Assembly (NCBI GenBank): GCA_964016885.1
Contig: OZ024743.1
Location: 298,716,001-298,780,000 of the forward strand
Origin: Eledone cirrhosa
Lineage: Eukaryota
DNA length: 64,000 nucleotides
Direction: 5' to 3'
The number at the start of each line of letters is the position of its first letter. Position 1 is the first letter of the stretch. A program made the position numbers and the translations under genes. The notes beneath the pieces were generated by a model. That model was not told the origin of the DNA. It searched no databases and was given only the letters and a program-made list of their open reading frames with translations. Positions 1-14,149 of the stretch are shown piece by piece.

Positions 1-55
1 ACCCTGCACTTCTAGGGCACCCAGGGAGAGCACCCCTCTCCTCAAGTTAGCCAGC

Positions 56-3000
56 CTATAGGCCCATGGTCAGAGTAGGCCCATTCACACGAGCCATTCT
101 CGCCACATTCACCCACCTTTTAGCAAATTTACTGGGGGGGGGGGGGCAGCACTTCTCTCTCCACCCTCACCCTCCTTTCCAGGTGAAACTTGAAGAAGTT
201 GATGAGGGATTGGCCGAAGAGAAAAGTGTCTGTCTTTAGTCCTTTCAACCTGGTCCACCATATAATCTCTTTCGCAACTGCCACCAGACAGAGGAAAATG
301 TCCTGCTCTTCCTGACCTAAGGAAGGTGGCGGCTCGATCTTCACTATGGACTCGGCCGATAGCCGGATTCGTTCCACACGCGACAGTAGCTGTTCAACAT
401 AACTCCACAAGTTAGTAATGCACGGACATTGGACAAGTGCGTGCAGAACGGTTTCGTCGTTCTGTGCGCATCTTGGGCAGGTCCGTCTGACAGCGCTTCC
501 GTGCCTGTAGAGTTTATCCCGAACCGGCAGTGCCCCGGTAACACTGCCAAGCGAGGGATTTCTGGAAATTGTCCATCTTCCCCGGCTCAAAAGTCCTCCG
601 GTACTGACTGGTCAGTTCGACTTCGTCGAGGCCTAAAGCTTCTCCGAGTGCGTCGTCGCACTTGCTCACCACTAATCCTCTATAGAACTCGAGAGTGTAA
701 GTTCCACTGATCGCATTGCTCGCTTGGTAGAGGGCAGTGAGTGCCTGGCAACATTCCAGGTGTCAGTCACCCAGTCTCGGTCTCTTCTTGACCCAGGACT
801 GCAGCTCAGTCAAAGAAATAAGCTGCGGAAAGGCCCGTCTGATAAACAGCGACCACACCTGTTCACCATTGAGGCAGAATATCTGGAGATGTCGCAGCCT
901 CAACGCATGTCTGCGCATCATTAGCCACGGCATGCCCAGCCCTCCGCTTAGAGGGTGCTGGCAGCAGATGGACCGCCTCACCAACGGAACTTGTCCCCTC
1001 CACAAGAAATTGAAGAGGAGCCGTTCCAACTTGACGAGGCGCGGACGGGGGCAAGGCACGACGGTTAGGCGGTAGTAGATGACGGACGCGATGTACGCAT
1101 TCGTCACCTCCGCGCGACCTTTCAGTGATAGCTTCCTCCCAGCCCATTTTTGGGTGAGACTGGCTACTCTGCTCGTTACCTCGTCCCAATTCTTTTCCAC
1201 CTGGAGGTCTGGCCGAACCAAACCCCGAGCAACTTTACCGGTCCGTCCGTCCAGCGCCCCACGACGCTGTTGGACGGCATGGGCTTGCCTCTCCAGGTTC
1301 CGAGCTGCAAGCCCACCGACTTTTCCGGGTTAAGTTTGGCTCCTGTCAACCTTTCATATTCCTCCAGTAAGGTGCCGACCACCTCGATTTCTGAGGTGTT
1401 CGACACCATCACGGTGATGTCGTCTGCATAAGCCGACACCGCTTTTCCACGTCCCGGTTCGAGCGGGATGCCCTTCAACAGCTCCAGCTTCCGCAGTAAA
1501 GGCTCGAGAGTCAATACGTACAGAAGGGAAGAGAGAGGGCACCCTTGACGGACCGATCGGGAGAGCCGAAATAGTTCCGAGAGGTGGCCATTAACCTTGA
1601 CCACCGAGCGTGTGCCGCTGTGCATTGCAACGATCCAGCTTCTAAAGACAGCTGCTTTGAGGACAAACACCAGATACCGATCGTCGACCCTATCGAATGC
1701 TTTCGATTGATCTAAATTGATCAGTGCCCCACCGAAGCCAGGTTTACACCCTACCCTCTCTATGATGTATCACATGAGGTGGAGATTGTCGTGTATGGAC
1801 CTGGCTGGGATTGCGCAAGTTTGCGCCTCCCCAACCAAATCCTCGACGACAAGCGCCAATCTCTTTGCTAACACCTTGGCCAAAATCTTAAACTCTGTGT
1901 TGAGCAGAGTTATGGGCCTGAAGTTGTCTAATGTATCCCTCTTGTTCTCGTCTTTCCTTATCAGCATCACCACTCCCCTGCTCACAGAACTGGGAATACT
2001 CCCATTCTGCTGCCAGTTGCAGTAGAGTGCTTCGAGGAGTTCGGAGAACAAGTCTGGCATATTTACGTGAGGCTCGTAGGGCAGACCATCCAAACCGGGT
2101 GACTTGTGCCTCATGCAGCCGACAAGGGCGTCCTGAATTTCGGCTGAAGTAATCGGCCTTTCGCAGCGCTCAGCGTCGACCGTCGAGATGCGCGGCAAGC
2201 CGTCAAGGTAGGGACTGAAATCCGCTACTCTCTCTGGCTCGCCACTGTCCCTGAACAACCGAGCAAAGTGCTGGCGAAAGGCCTCACACATCCGCTTGGA
2301 ATCGCTTATCTCGTGTCCGTCTCGGTTCGCCAAAGACCGAATTGTGGTTTTATTACCACGCTGCGCCTCCGCCACGCGGGCCCATCGAACAGCTTTAGTT
2401 CCCTCGTTTCTCAGCGCACGCGCCTTAGCTCTGACAATGCAACCTTCGTGTTTGGCGTTGAAGAAATGGTCTAATGCCATTCTCGCCGCTAGCACGTCAG
2501 TTGCGATGCCACTACAAATAGCGAAGTGTCGCTGAAAAGCTTCACACATTTGCCCGGGATCGAGTAGCATGCGCCCGTCGTGGTCCACCAAAGACCGGAT
2601 CGTGGCTTTATTGCCACGACGCGCCTCCGCCACTCGGGCCCATTGAACGGCTTTCGTCCCCTCGTGTCTGAGAGCACGTACCCTAGCTCTGACAACGCAG
2701 CCTTCGTGCTTTGCATTGAAGAATTGGTCAAGGGCCAATTTCGCCGCAAGTACGTCGGTCGCGATGCCTTTGCTAAGCGCCTCATCTAATTTTCTAACTA
2801 ATTCTCCCTCTGCTCTATTTTTCTCTATTGCTAAAGTCTTACTAAACCTAATGGACTCTATTCTAATTGCTCTTTTCAGAGCAAACCACCACTTGTTGTT
2901 GACGATGGCCCCCGTCAACGCCCGCTTAACTAGTTCGCTAATCCGGTCTCTGTAGGCTTTGCGCGCTGGTAAGGACGCGTTTAGCTTCCAGTAGCCGGGT

Positions 3001-3728
3001 CCTCGTCTATGAAGCCTATCTAAGTCAAGCACACAGACCACGAATTTGTGGTCCGTGTAGCTGACTATCTTGAATTGTGGACAGCCTATGCTAGACCTAT
3101 CTATTTCCCTACAAAATACTCTATCTAGATATGATCTGGATGACCCTATGCGATTTGTCCAAGTCCACATTGGTACATTCGGGAAATCCATTCGGTACCT
3201 GTCAGACAGTTCAAAACGTCTGAGCAGGTTGGTGAGACTCTTGCACCCTCCTTCCCTATCCACTAATCCCACGCAATCCCAGTGTGCATCTAAGATCCCG
3301 TTCCAGTCGCCCACTAACACTAAAGAGCGGGACGTTCCAAGAAAGGTCTCCAGACGCCGGAAGAAATCAGGCCGCCCTGCTCCGGTCGGGGCATAGACGG
3401 CCACTAACCTGAAAGCTTGCCCGTCTCCGCTGGTCACGTCCAGCACCACCAACTTACCTTCTGGGTCCAGGAAGATGGCCCGTATGGCAAGATCCAAACC
3501 TCTCCGAAAAAGCACAGCAACTCCTCCCCCCGATCCCGGACGGCTGGGAGATGCGTACACATCGTAGCCGCCGAAGATCGGTGCGAAAGCCTGTGCTTCG
3601 GAGATTCTGGTCTCGCTGATGGCCACTACATCTATGTTTAGTGATCTGAGGTCGTTGAGCAGGTGGCCCTGCTTCCATGACGACCCCGAGCCACGCGCAT
3701 TTATGCTGCCTATTCTGAGTGAGGTCAT
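56..3728 (-). pseudogene. Tx1 ORF2: APE endonuclease + reverse transcriptase + C-terminal zinc motif, disrupted
   Basis: APE motifs SINARG, ISET, VYAP, GDWN, YLDR, TDH. RT motifs KSPGLDG, FRPITLLNTEFKILAK, LDQSKAFDRV, RQGCPLS, YADD. C-terminal CPRC...ETVLHALVQC. In-frame TGA at 1770-1772, frameshift near 1215, stop at 763, frameshift at the G-run near 140, final TAG at 56-58. Confidence 0.93.
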
Positions 3729-3762
3729 GTTGAAAAGGAGTGGAAAAGATGGGAAAGACCAC

Positions 3763-5747
3763 TTACCTTACTTCTCGTAGGGGAAGGACGGTTTTTCCAT
3801 CCTTTTCACTGCTTGTGGCCTCCTCAGGAAGGATGTCCTTATAAATCCTCCTGGAGAGTGCTTGTCGGAAGTCTCCGATGTCTTTGGGGAATTTTTGTTT
3901 TAGTGTCATGTACGTTTTCTGTGTGATGCGAGTGATTTGTATGTGTGGAGGTGGTGTGAATTTTTGGGTTGTTGTGTAGCCTTTTTCTGTGATGCTGGTG
4001 TTGTGTTGGATGTAGTGTAATAATTGGTTGTTGTTCAAATTTAATGCTGTGTAGTGTGTATCGTTTTGGTTGTTTTGTTTTGTTTGCGTTTGTTGTGGGT
4101 TTGTTTCTGTTTCGCATTTTGGTGACTTTTGTGGTGTAGGTGATGGTGGTGCTGGGGTTAATGATGGTGATGGTGTTGGTGTTTGGGTTGATGGGGTTGG
4201 TGATGCTGGTGTGGATGGTGGCATATCTGTCCTAACTTTTTAGCTTTTTAATTTATTTGTTTCCCTCTGTATATTGTTTTTGGAAGGGGAAGGAAGAGAA
4301 TTTTTTTTTTTTTTTTTTTCTTCCGGATATCGTTTCCCACTCCTCGTGGTCACAATCTGTCTCCAGTTGTGATAGGCCGGGGAGTGGAAAATCCTCCACA
4401 GCCGTTAGTTTTGGTTGTGGTGTGGTGGATGGTGTAGGCGCTGGTGCTAGTTCTGAAGCGTTGGGTGGTGGTGGTGTTGGTTTTGCTGGTGGTGGTAGTG
4501 GTGTTGGTTTTGCTACTGTTGCTGGGGTTGTTGCTGTTATAGTTGCTTCTGTTGTTGCTGCTACAGTTGTTGCTGCCATCTCTGCTACTGGTGGTGTTGA
4601 TGGTTGTGTCACTGGGGTGGGTAGGAGAGGTGGCCTCAACCTTTTAGCCTGAGGGCAGAAAGCCCTTAGGTGGGTTCCTTCACCACAAACGACACACCTA
4701 GGTCTTCTACCCTCGACAATTACCGTGAGGTGGCTGCCGTCAGTGAGGTCTATTACCTCTGGTATCTCCTCAATGCTTTTTTGGTCCGCTTGGATCAGGA
4801 GCTCCATCCCAGATCCGGACCAGTTTTCCTGCTTTTCTTTTGCTATTGCTATTATTTTCGTGTTGGCTTCGATGCCGGCGAGGACAGCCGCTATTAGCCA
4901 GGGAATTTCGATGGCCGGTGGAACGTGGGTCACCCTGATCTTTACGAGTCTCTGGCCACAATTGCTTGGGACGAGTGTGAAGTCGTCACTCTTTAATGGG
5001 GCCATGGAGTGTTCTCTAGCCTCCTCTGGCGTTTCAAAGAACACATCCACGGTTCCATACTTTTGTCCACGTCTGATGTGGGTTTTTCTTGCCCACACAT
5101 GTCCCAAAGCTTTTTGGATTTGGGACTCGGATGCCCGTTTCACTCGGCGCGATTTTACATTTATTGTTCTATACGACACGGTGCATAGGCGCCGATGCTC
5201 CATTTTATTAGGGGGGGGTGAGGCTGACCCTGTACCCATCTTTCTTTACCATTTGTTTGGCATTTTCTAAATCCTCCTGAGTTACCGTGAATGCTTCGAA
5301 CTGTTTTGCTACTATAGCGAAACTGAGGGTCGGTTTTATAATGTCATTGTTGTTGTTGTTGCTATCGTTATTTGTGTTAATATTAATTTTAGTTTCAGTT
5401 GTGGTGGTGGTGACGTCAGTCGTCTTTGGTGCGGAATAGTCCATTTTGCTTGATTTCATTTCGACATCACGAGTTATTTTATTTTTTTCTTCTTTTGTTT
5501 CTGTTGTCGCGGTGGTGGTGGGGGTGGTGGTTGTCGCGGTGGGGGTGGGGGTGGAGGCTTTAACACCTGCAGTCATTGGTAATGGCGGGAAATGAATGGC
5601 TGCCTGAGACAAATTTAAAATATTGCTACTGCTTATATTTTTTTTTGTGTTGGCAAACGTAGTAACATTTACAATGGTGGTGTCGGTGTGAGGTGTTATT
5701 TTGTGAGGAAGGCTTTCAGCTGCTTCGTGCAGAGGGGAATTAGCCAT
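3763..5747 (-). pseudogene. Tx1 ORF1 (gag-like nucleic-acid-binding protein), frameshifted
   Basis: ATG at 5747 (MANSPLHE...). Pieces 5208-5747, 4253-5239 (CVVCGEGTHLRAFC zinc knuckle, Pro/Thr-rich linker) and 3763-4224 appear to join across homopolymer runs (G-run 5211-5218, T-run about 4301-4319). Confidence 0.8.
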
Positions 5748-5954
5748 TTTTTTCAAAGAAATTTTTTGATAATAATAAAAGTTTAAATTTTGGGCACAAG
5801 GCCCCAATCTTTTTGGGTGTCCTTTTCGGAAAACAATGTATGTGTGCTTATAAACAGTTAACAATAAAATTTTCCATAAATGACAATTTTTAACAAACGG
5901 AAATAACAAACCTTTGCGGAGCTCACGATGATACGATTTACTACGTAGGTCGTC

Positions 5955-5955
<1 letters not shown>

Positions 5956-5998
<43 letters not shown>

Positions 5999-6030
5999 GA
6001 AGAAGAAGAAGAAGAAGAAGAAGAGAAGAA
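5956..6030. repeat. (AAT)n(AAG)n compound microsatellite
   Basis: Read directly. Confidence 0.95.
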
Positions 6031-6299
6031 AATTCAAGATGTACAAGGACGTGTGATGATTTCAACAGCGGAAATTGAAAGGTAGTCATATCCGTGTGAC
6101 ACAGAAACTGATGATAGACACACGGATCCTTACACACCTACAAACATACATTATTTTATTGGATGAACCATAAAGTCGCCATTAGTCGAGGGGTTCTGCA
6201 TGTAATAGCGTTACATCAGACAGCAGATATGGGGAACAAAATGACAGCAACAACAACACACACATCTACATATGCGCACACGCACGCACGCACCCCCTG

Positions 6300-7600
<1,301 letters not shown>

Positions 7601-7949
7601 TTAATACGTTTACCATGGTGTTGACTGTTTATTCACATATTTGGTGGGTTGGTAATAAAAATCTATAATAAAACCAGAAAACATTTATTGGCAACCATCA
7701 ATAGATGAAATTTCAAATATTCTATAAAGTCTGTTTATAGAAATACTCTTGATTTACCGACCTATCGCTATTATCTATAACTGAAAAGGTATGTATTATG
7801 AATGTAGACTTCCGTAAAATAATTCTTGATTTAGATACAACAAATCATGTGAGCGATTAATACTTGCAAGGCTTAAAAAATGCAATATATCTTATGATGA
7901 AATTTAATATATTTTCAGATTGGCAAAAATCAAAAGATAACAAAAAAAA

Positions 7950-9110
7950 AAAAAAAAAAAAAAAAAATGGCTTGCATATTTGTTCCAGTTCTTTAGGTTA
8001 TAGAAAATAGATCGGAATAGTTTCGGCAGAACAGGGGCTTTCAAAAATCTATTGGAAAATTTGAAGGAATAGAAGACATCATTGATGCCATTCCAGGAGC
8101 TTTGGTGAGGTATATGGAAGGACAATGTCATACATAATGAGGAAATGGAGTGGAGTTTGAAAATGAAAAGTGGAGTGAATAAGAAAGCCAACATATAAGA
8201 GAATTTGAATATAATTGTAGATCTCCTTAGAAAACAGTGACAAATGTTCTGCAATTGAATGTCACCGGGCTCAGACAGAGAACAAGATTACTGGATTAAG
8301 AACGTTAAGTAACTACATCAGAAAATTGCCCAAATAATTGACGAAAGGCTTGTCTCTAATACTTTTCTTATCTGTTTTTCCCGAAAAAGAATAATGGAAA
8401 GAAAAATAATAGGAAATAAAATATATGTGACTTACTTCCTAATTCTATGGAAACTATTGACTTGCATAATCGTGGAATGAATCTACGAACAACTACATTC
8501 CAACAATCTGTTGCTGGAAGAACAGAAAGGTCCTGGAAAACAGACCAGACTAACAAAATATCAACTCCTCATTAATAAAACAATAATACAAAACAGTAAA
8601 AAACAAAAGGTAGACTGGAATATTTATGTGTTGGATTGATTATGAAATAGGCTTTCGATATCATTTAACATTCCTGGATCTTCAAATACTTGGACCTATT
8701 CAAAATCATTCCTCAGAAATAGTATAGACCAATGAGGGACAGAACTCACGACAGGCCACGAGAAACTTGGAAACGTTTGGATAAAGAAATAGATATTCCA
8801 AGGGATGGCCTTGGAATATCTATTTATAATCAGTATGATCAATATAACCCATAACTAGAGAAAGTTAAATGCAGAATATGAATAAAAGGCGAAGGAAAGA
8901 CCAACCACCACTAATCGTGGAGGACCTGAACTTAGTAAGAACGAGAAACAACTTGATACTTTGGTGAATAATGTACGACTATTGAGGAAAATCATAAGAA
9001 CGGGATTCGGAATTAACAAATCTAGCACCCTTATTATGAAAAGGTAGCACATTGTCCGAGAGATGATGAACTGGGTGCCTACAGGTAGATGAATAAAGCA
9101 AATAGATAAG
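7950..9110 (+). pseudogene. R4/Dong-like LINE RT relic
   Basis: Degenerate motifs SPGSD..YWIKN (about 8262), YQLLINKTII (about 8560), WIDY-KAFD (about 8632), IFQG (about 8793); many stops. Confidence 0.65.
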
Positions 9111-9119
9111 AAAATCAGT

Positions 9120-9275
9120 ATATGTGAACCTCACGAGCTGGAATGGCTCTTCCAGCGCGTCTTACTTGCTATCCTCCGGGGAAACGCCTTCTCTATTGTG
9201 TCCACCGGAGCCACGGAGCGGCCAGCGCGTGGACCCCATTTGCTTACAATAGCAAGAGATAGGAAGAGCGGGAGA
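9120..9275 (+). mobile_element. CRE-like retrotransposon 3' end fragment
   Basis: Encodes EPHELEWLFQRVLLAILRGNAFSIV, resembling the CRE C-terminal QR.S.A..RGNA motif; homologous to 50720-50870. Confidence 0.75.
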
Positions 9276-10188
9276 GACAAAATATAAACAAAACCAAAAA
9301 CTGTTTTCTGTCTTCAAGTGAAAAACAAAACAACAAAAAAAAAAACTATAAAAAGTTCAGTTGAGGGACAGATGTGAGCAGAAAGAAAAACAACAACAAA
9401 AATAACGATGGGAACAACAAGAACCGAAATTGTTAATAACTGGCGGTGCCCCAGCATGGCCTCAGCCTGTCGGCTGAAACACTTAAAAGTATAAAAGATC
9501 AAAAATGTTACTTCAAAACGTCATACTGAGACGATGACAAAAAAGATCTTAAATGGCTAATAACTCGCACGGGGAAACAAAGGAGAAGGGAATAAATAAA
9601 ACGTTTAGCGTTGGCTCAGAAGTGTAATCCCCAAAGCTGAGACAGATGTCAAAAGACAACAACTGCAACAACAACAAGGATACAATAACGTACAAACTAC
9701 TAGCTAATTACACAAGAAAAACACCAACATTGACCAGCAAGAATAATTTTACTGATTCAAGCGTTCAAATTGTAAACTTTAGACAATTAGTTTGTTACTA
9801 TGGGTTTTTCATACATTTGTTTGTTTTGGCAGATAACAAGAACAGATATGTGCCTCTTCTACAACAAAATATACGAAATACACCATAGAAAAGTTGAATG
9901 AATTTTGTAGACGATGCAGAATTCAAACAACAATCTTATCAATATAAAGAGCCGTGTGCTCATGCACAGAACGTTATAAAATAACTTATGAAATAGAGCG
10001 AAGACCCTTAAAGATGGAAAAAGAAGTTGCCATCGGCCACTATGATTTCACCTTATTTTATAAGCTATTTTATAGCATCTCCATGCATGAGCACACCAGT
10101 CTTTATATCAACTTTATATACTCAGCGCTTCGTAAAAGTCCAAGAGATCGGCTACGTATAAACACTCTTATTATTTCAAAATACTTAG

Positions 10189-10410
10189 GGCGGTTAATTG
10201 GCAGTATCGGTAGATGGTCGGACGCCATGCTTTGCAGCACTGAGATACGGCCCTTTATGATCTGAGTTCAAATCCCGCCAAGGTTAACTTTGCCTTTCAT
10301 CCTTACAGGGTCGATAAAATAAAGTACCAGTCACGTACTGGGGTCGATTTAATTGACTTTCCCCTCCCCCAAAATTGATGACCTTGTGCCTATATAAGAA
10401 ACCATTATTT
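10189..10410 (+). mobile_element. tRNA-derived SINE with Nin/Deu-type central domain
   Basis: A-box-like TGGCAGTATCGG, B-box GAGTTCAAATCC, core GCCTTTCATCCTTACAGGGTCGATAAAATAAAGTACCAG; several copies in the window. Confidence 0.88.
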
Positions 10411-10499
10411 TAAAATACTCCATGTTGACGAAGAGGACCACATCCACCACCAACAACAGCAATATAACAAGAAATAATTCACTGGAAAGAGTGTCGATC

Positions 10500-10730
10500 A
10501 ATATTACAAGATTTGTTCGAAGTTAATAGTACAAACACATACTCTAGAAAGTGTCTAAAAATGACAGAGTTACAAGCACTTTGGACATCATTTCACAAAA
10601 CGAATAACAAAAGGGAGAAAAGCAAATACGCCAGATATTGTTAAGGACTACAGACACAAAAGTACCTCCTTATAGACGTTTCCATCACAACAGATAACAA
10701 CATTACTTAAAATTAATTATAATTGAATAA
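10500..10730 (+). pseudogene. R4/Dong-like restriction-like endonuclease relic
   Basis: Degenerate (N)TPDIV...LLIDVSITTDNN motif. Confidence 0.55.
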
Positions 10731-11099
10731 ACTATACACGATACTTATCAAACAATAACCTGACGGATAACTATCGTTCGATTATATATTTTATATTGCT
10801 TCGTAAGAATTTCGGAACATGTTTGACAACCGGAAGGCCGTTATTTAAAGCAATATTACTGTCATCGTATATTGACTTACAAAAATAACAGAAAACCCGT
10901 TTGGTATCAATCATAATTATACTCGTCTGTCACCAACAAAATGATAGGGTATGATCGTCTGGACTGAACTGAGGAAGATGACCAAAGAAGTTTCATTTTT
11001 GAGAATCGATTTTGACAATGTAATTTGCCATGATATGATACCCGAGATTATGAGATCTAATAGTTGTAAAGTGTTTGATAGTTGAAGTTGTATAGTGTT

Positions 11100-11640
11100 G
11101 TATAGTGTTGTATAGTTTTTATGAGTAATGCAGGTTTACTGTTTATGATGACGGAAGACGTCTGTCTGACTTAGGAACGTGTAAAGGAGGAAATATACAT
11201 TAGTAAAAATTGTATATGAAAATATTGTTAGATATAATACAGGAATTTAGTACGGTAACTGATATGAAATTCAGTATAGAAAATTACATCAAAGCGGCAG
11301 TGAATAGGGGAAAATTACTACTCTTATCCTGTTAAAAGAAAAAAAGAAGCTGAGATAAAAGAATTTGATCTAGCTCAGGTTTTCAAATTCTGAAGAAACA
11401 GTGAATTAGAGAGAGTAAAACATACACAAATGAAAGAAAAGTTTCTGAAGGAATATTAGAAACGTGTTAGATTATTGAAAGATAATACGAAATGCCTTAC
11501 TTTTTAGTTAAACGCCCCCCCCCCCCCAAAAAAAGGTAGTAGGTACCAACAGTTTGGCTGTTCCACTAATAAGTTATGTCTATAATATCACCAACTGTAA
11601 ACTAACTGAATTAGCAAAACTAGATAGTAAAACAATTGAA
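11100..11640 (+). pseudogene. R4/Dong-like RT C-terminal relic
   Basis: LFM(DD)-like motif near 11140; NSLAVPLISY...LTELAKLDSKT at about 11548-11633. Confidence 0.55.
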
Positions 11641-11642
11641 AT

Positions 11643-11833
11643 AATTGTTTCTACTTTTGGCACAAGGCCAGCATTTATCCCAGTGTATTACTGGTACTTT
11701 ATTTTATCGACCCCGTAAAGATGAAAGGCAAAGTTAACCTCGGCGGGATTTGAACTCAGACCATAAAGGGCGGTAACTCTTTGCTATAAAGCATGGCGTC
11801 CGACACTCTACCGATACTGTCAATCCACCGCCT
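11643..11833 (-). mobile_element. tRNA-derived SINE (same family as 10189)
   Basis: Reverse complement of the same A-box, B-box, core and GGCCTTGTGCCAAAAG tail. Confidence 0.88.
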
Positions 11834-12064
11834 CTTTTGAAATAATGATTGCTCTTAGAATGCACCTGTCTAACGCCGACACAAAAAAATATAATAATTA
11901 CAATAAACACAGGAAGATAAAGGACCTCTGTAATATAAAATCATTATAAAATGTCGACTGAAGGAATAAAAATTGTGGGGAGATTATAGAAACAATGATA
12001 GGAATTATTAAAACCCTAAAAACTAAATTGAAAATGTTATTAATAAATCAACTAATTAGATTAA

Positions 12065-12349
12065 AGTCCATCTCTGTCACATTTATCCTCTGACCCAAGG
12101 CGTGCTGTCTTCTTCCTCTCCTCCGTACTACAATGACCTCTGTTCCTTGGAGATTGCCGAACTCATGCCACCTTCACTCAGGCACATCAGACTCACTATG
12201 CCCTACATTAAGCAGTATTCCCAATCCAAGTCTTTGTAAACCCCTTCCTTGATTATTTCTTCTCCAAAGGAATGGATCTGCAATAATCTAAACAGAACAT
12301 AAACGGCACCAATCTCTTCGGTCTCACAGGACCGGTGGCAATCGTAGGG

Positions 12350-12411
<62 letters not shown>

Positions 12412-12412
12412 C
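12065..12412 (+). mobile_element. CR1-group LINE 3' fragment ending in (CTA)n
   Basis: Degenerate RRAV.SL.L..YYN.LCS.EIA-like C-terminal coding followed by a (CTA)n tail at 12351-12411. Confidence 0.55.
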
Positions 12413-12852
12413 AACTATACGATAGCATTCGTTTCTTACTGTTTGGTAGAAGAGGTGTAGTCAATCTTCTATAATGCATACTATGTTAGGTGCAATATGT
12501 AAGAACAAAAGCTTTACTTTTTTAGGAATAACGCAGGGCTTGATAATTGCTAGAATGTATAGAACCCTCTAATTAATTACATCTTACTAAACTGAGCAGC
12601 GTTTGTTAGAATATCAAATTTATCTGATCTAGCTATCCAGTTCATTTTCATCCAGTGATTGATAACTTAAAATGGTTAGGATAGAGAACGTTCTAGATAT
12701 AAATATATAAATCTTTAATCAATGTAAAAAAAGATATATATTGTCAGCAGTCATAGCTGGCGTGGTACCATAAGATGTAGGTGATATAACGCTTTTTTAA
12801 TGACTAACCAACTTTTATGAAAACACCTCTCACTGTCCTAATATCATTATCA

Positions 12853-13045
12853 CGGTGGATTGGCAGTATCGGTAGAGGGTCGGACGCCATGCTTTGACGC
12901 ATAGAGTTACGGCCCTTGTCATTCTGAGTTCAAATCCCTCCGAGGTTAACTTTGCCTTTCATCCTTACGGGGTCGATAAAATAAAGTACCAGTAATGCAC
13001 TGCGTAATTGCTGGCCTTGTGCCAAAAGTAGAAACAATTATCATT
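12853..13045 (+). mobile_element. tRNA-derived SINE
   Basis: Highly similar to the copies at 15332 and 10189. Confidence 0.88.
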
Positions 13046-13767
13046 AAAACTGTTTTATTAATTGGGAATAAAACTAAACAGAAAATAAATCAGAGATAAT
13101 TTATCAAGAAGACGAAAATATTCAAAGTTGTTTTTCTACGATGTTATTTTCCGTTCTTTGGTTTAGTTAATTATCATGATGGAAAGTCAAAAAATAGTCG
13201 CGCACAAAATATTCTTATTGAAAGTAGCAGCATTAATAATACACTTAGCGTGTCTGTTTCGACGCCAGTTGTTCATGTTAGATGAAGGGAGTGGTGTGAT
13301 GTTATAATTTGTGAGATAAATTTTTCAAGCAATTCCTTTTAGTGAATTAGATTATACGGTAAAAAAAAAAAAAAATACTAACAAGAAAGGATGTTTCAAA
13401 CTTTCATTCCAATCTTTTCTTCAAATGTAGAAAAAACAGCGTACATGAAATAATCCTGAAACCCATAAACAAATCTGGAAAAGAATTGAAATTTTCTTAT
13501 TAAAAATTAATCAAAGGAATCTAAAATTGAATAGTAATAAACATAATTTCTTATGGTGAGGTGTTAGTCGTAATGAAAAATACGATATATTTTGTATGTT
13601 TCCTTTAAGGTAAAAACCTATTATTGACAACTTGTTTGGTACTTAGGCACTTTACTCACAGAAGTAGTTATCGCTTATCGCTTATCCTTATAAACCGCAA
13701 ATCTTGAACCGGATTGTGGGAGAAGATAAACCGGATTATGGGAGAAGTAACTAAGTTTGACAGAAGA

Positions 13768-13920
13768 CGGCGAATTGGTAGAGTCATTAGAATGTGAATG
13801 CTTTGAGGTATTTGGTTCGGCTCTCCGCTCTCCCAGTTTAAATCCCAGCGAGGTCAAATTTGCCCTTCATCCATTTCAAGGTTTGTAAAAAAGTACCAGC
13901 TAGTGCTGGGGTCAATTTTC
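13768..13920 (+). mobile_element. Diverged tRNA-derived SINE
   Basis: GGCGAATTGGTAGAG...GTTTAAATCCCAGCGAGGTCAA...CCTTCATCC...AGTACCAG. Confidence 0.7.
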
Positions 13921-14149
13921 CTCTAATACTTTTCTCATCCCCATTCTCTTATTCTCTCTCAATTCTTCTATGGAGGAAATTTGCTGTATCCAGACGTGGA
14001 GAGGCGATGGGCTTCACCAGGCTTTACATGATGCCATAGAAACGCCGTATGTCAATACGGTGTTCATATGACACCACAGGTATTACTGGACCATACATAC
14101 ACATACATACTTGACAGAAACTATCAATATTTTCTGGCCAGGGGCATGT

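Larger units (their letters stand above)
1..5770 (-). mobile_element. L1/Tx1-clade non-LTR retrotransposon, near full length, decayed; 3' UTR runs off the window start
   Basis: ORF1 with CCHC knuckle followed by ORF2 with APE endonuclease, RT and C-terminal Cys/His motif. 5' boundary uncertain (about 5770 to 5955, where an (AAT)n(AAG)n tract starts). Confidence 0.93.

Noticed and set aside
1770-1772. In-frame TGA in the Tx1 RT as possible selenocysteine or readthrough
   Set aside because: Position fits Arg (CGA to TGA CpG decay), and the ORF has other stops and frameshifts.
5748-6137. N-terminal extension of the 309-aa ORF with poly-Leu/Ile resembling a membrane segment
   Set aside because: Translation of the (CTT)n(ATT)n microsatellite; the likely ORF1 start is 5747.
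10189-10280. tRNA genes at the SINE heads
   Set aside because: A- and B-boxes are present but there is no cloverleaf; these are SINE promoters.
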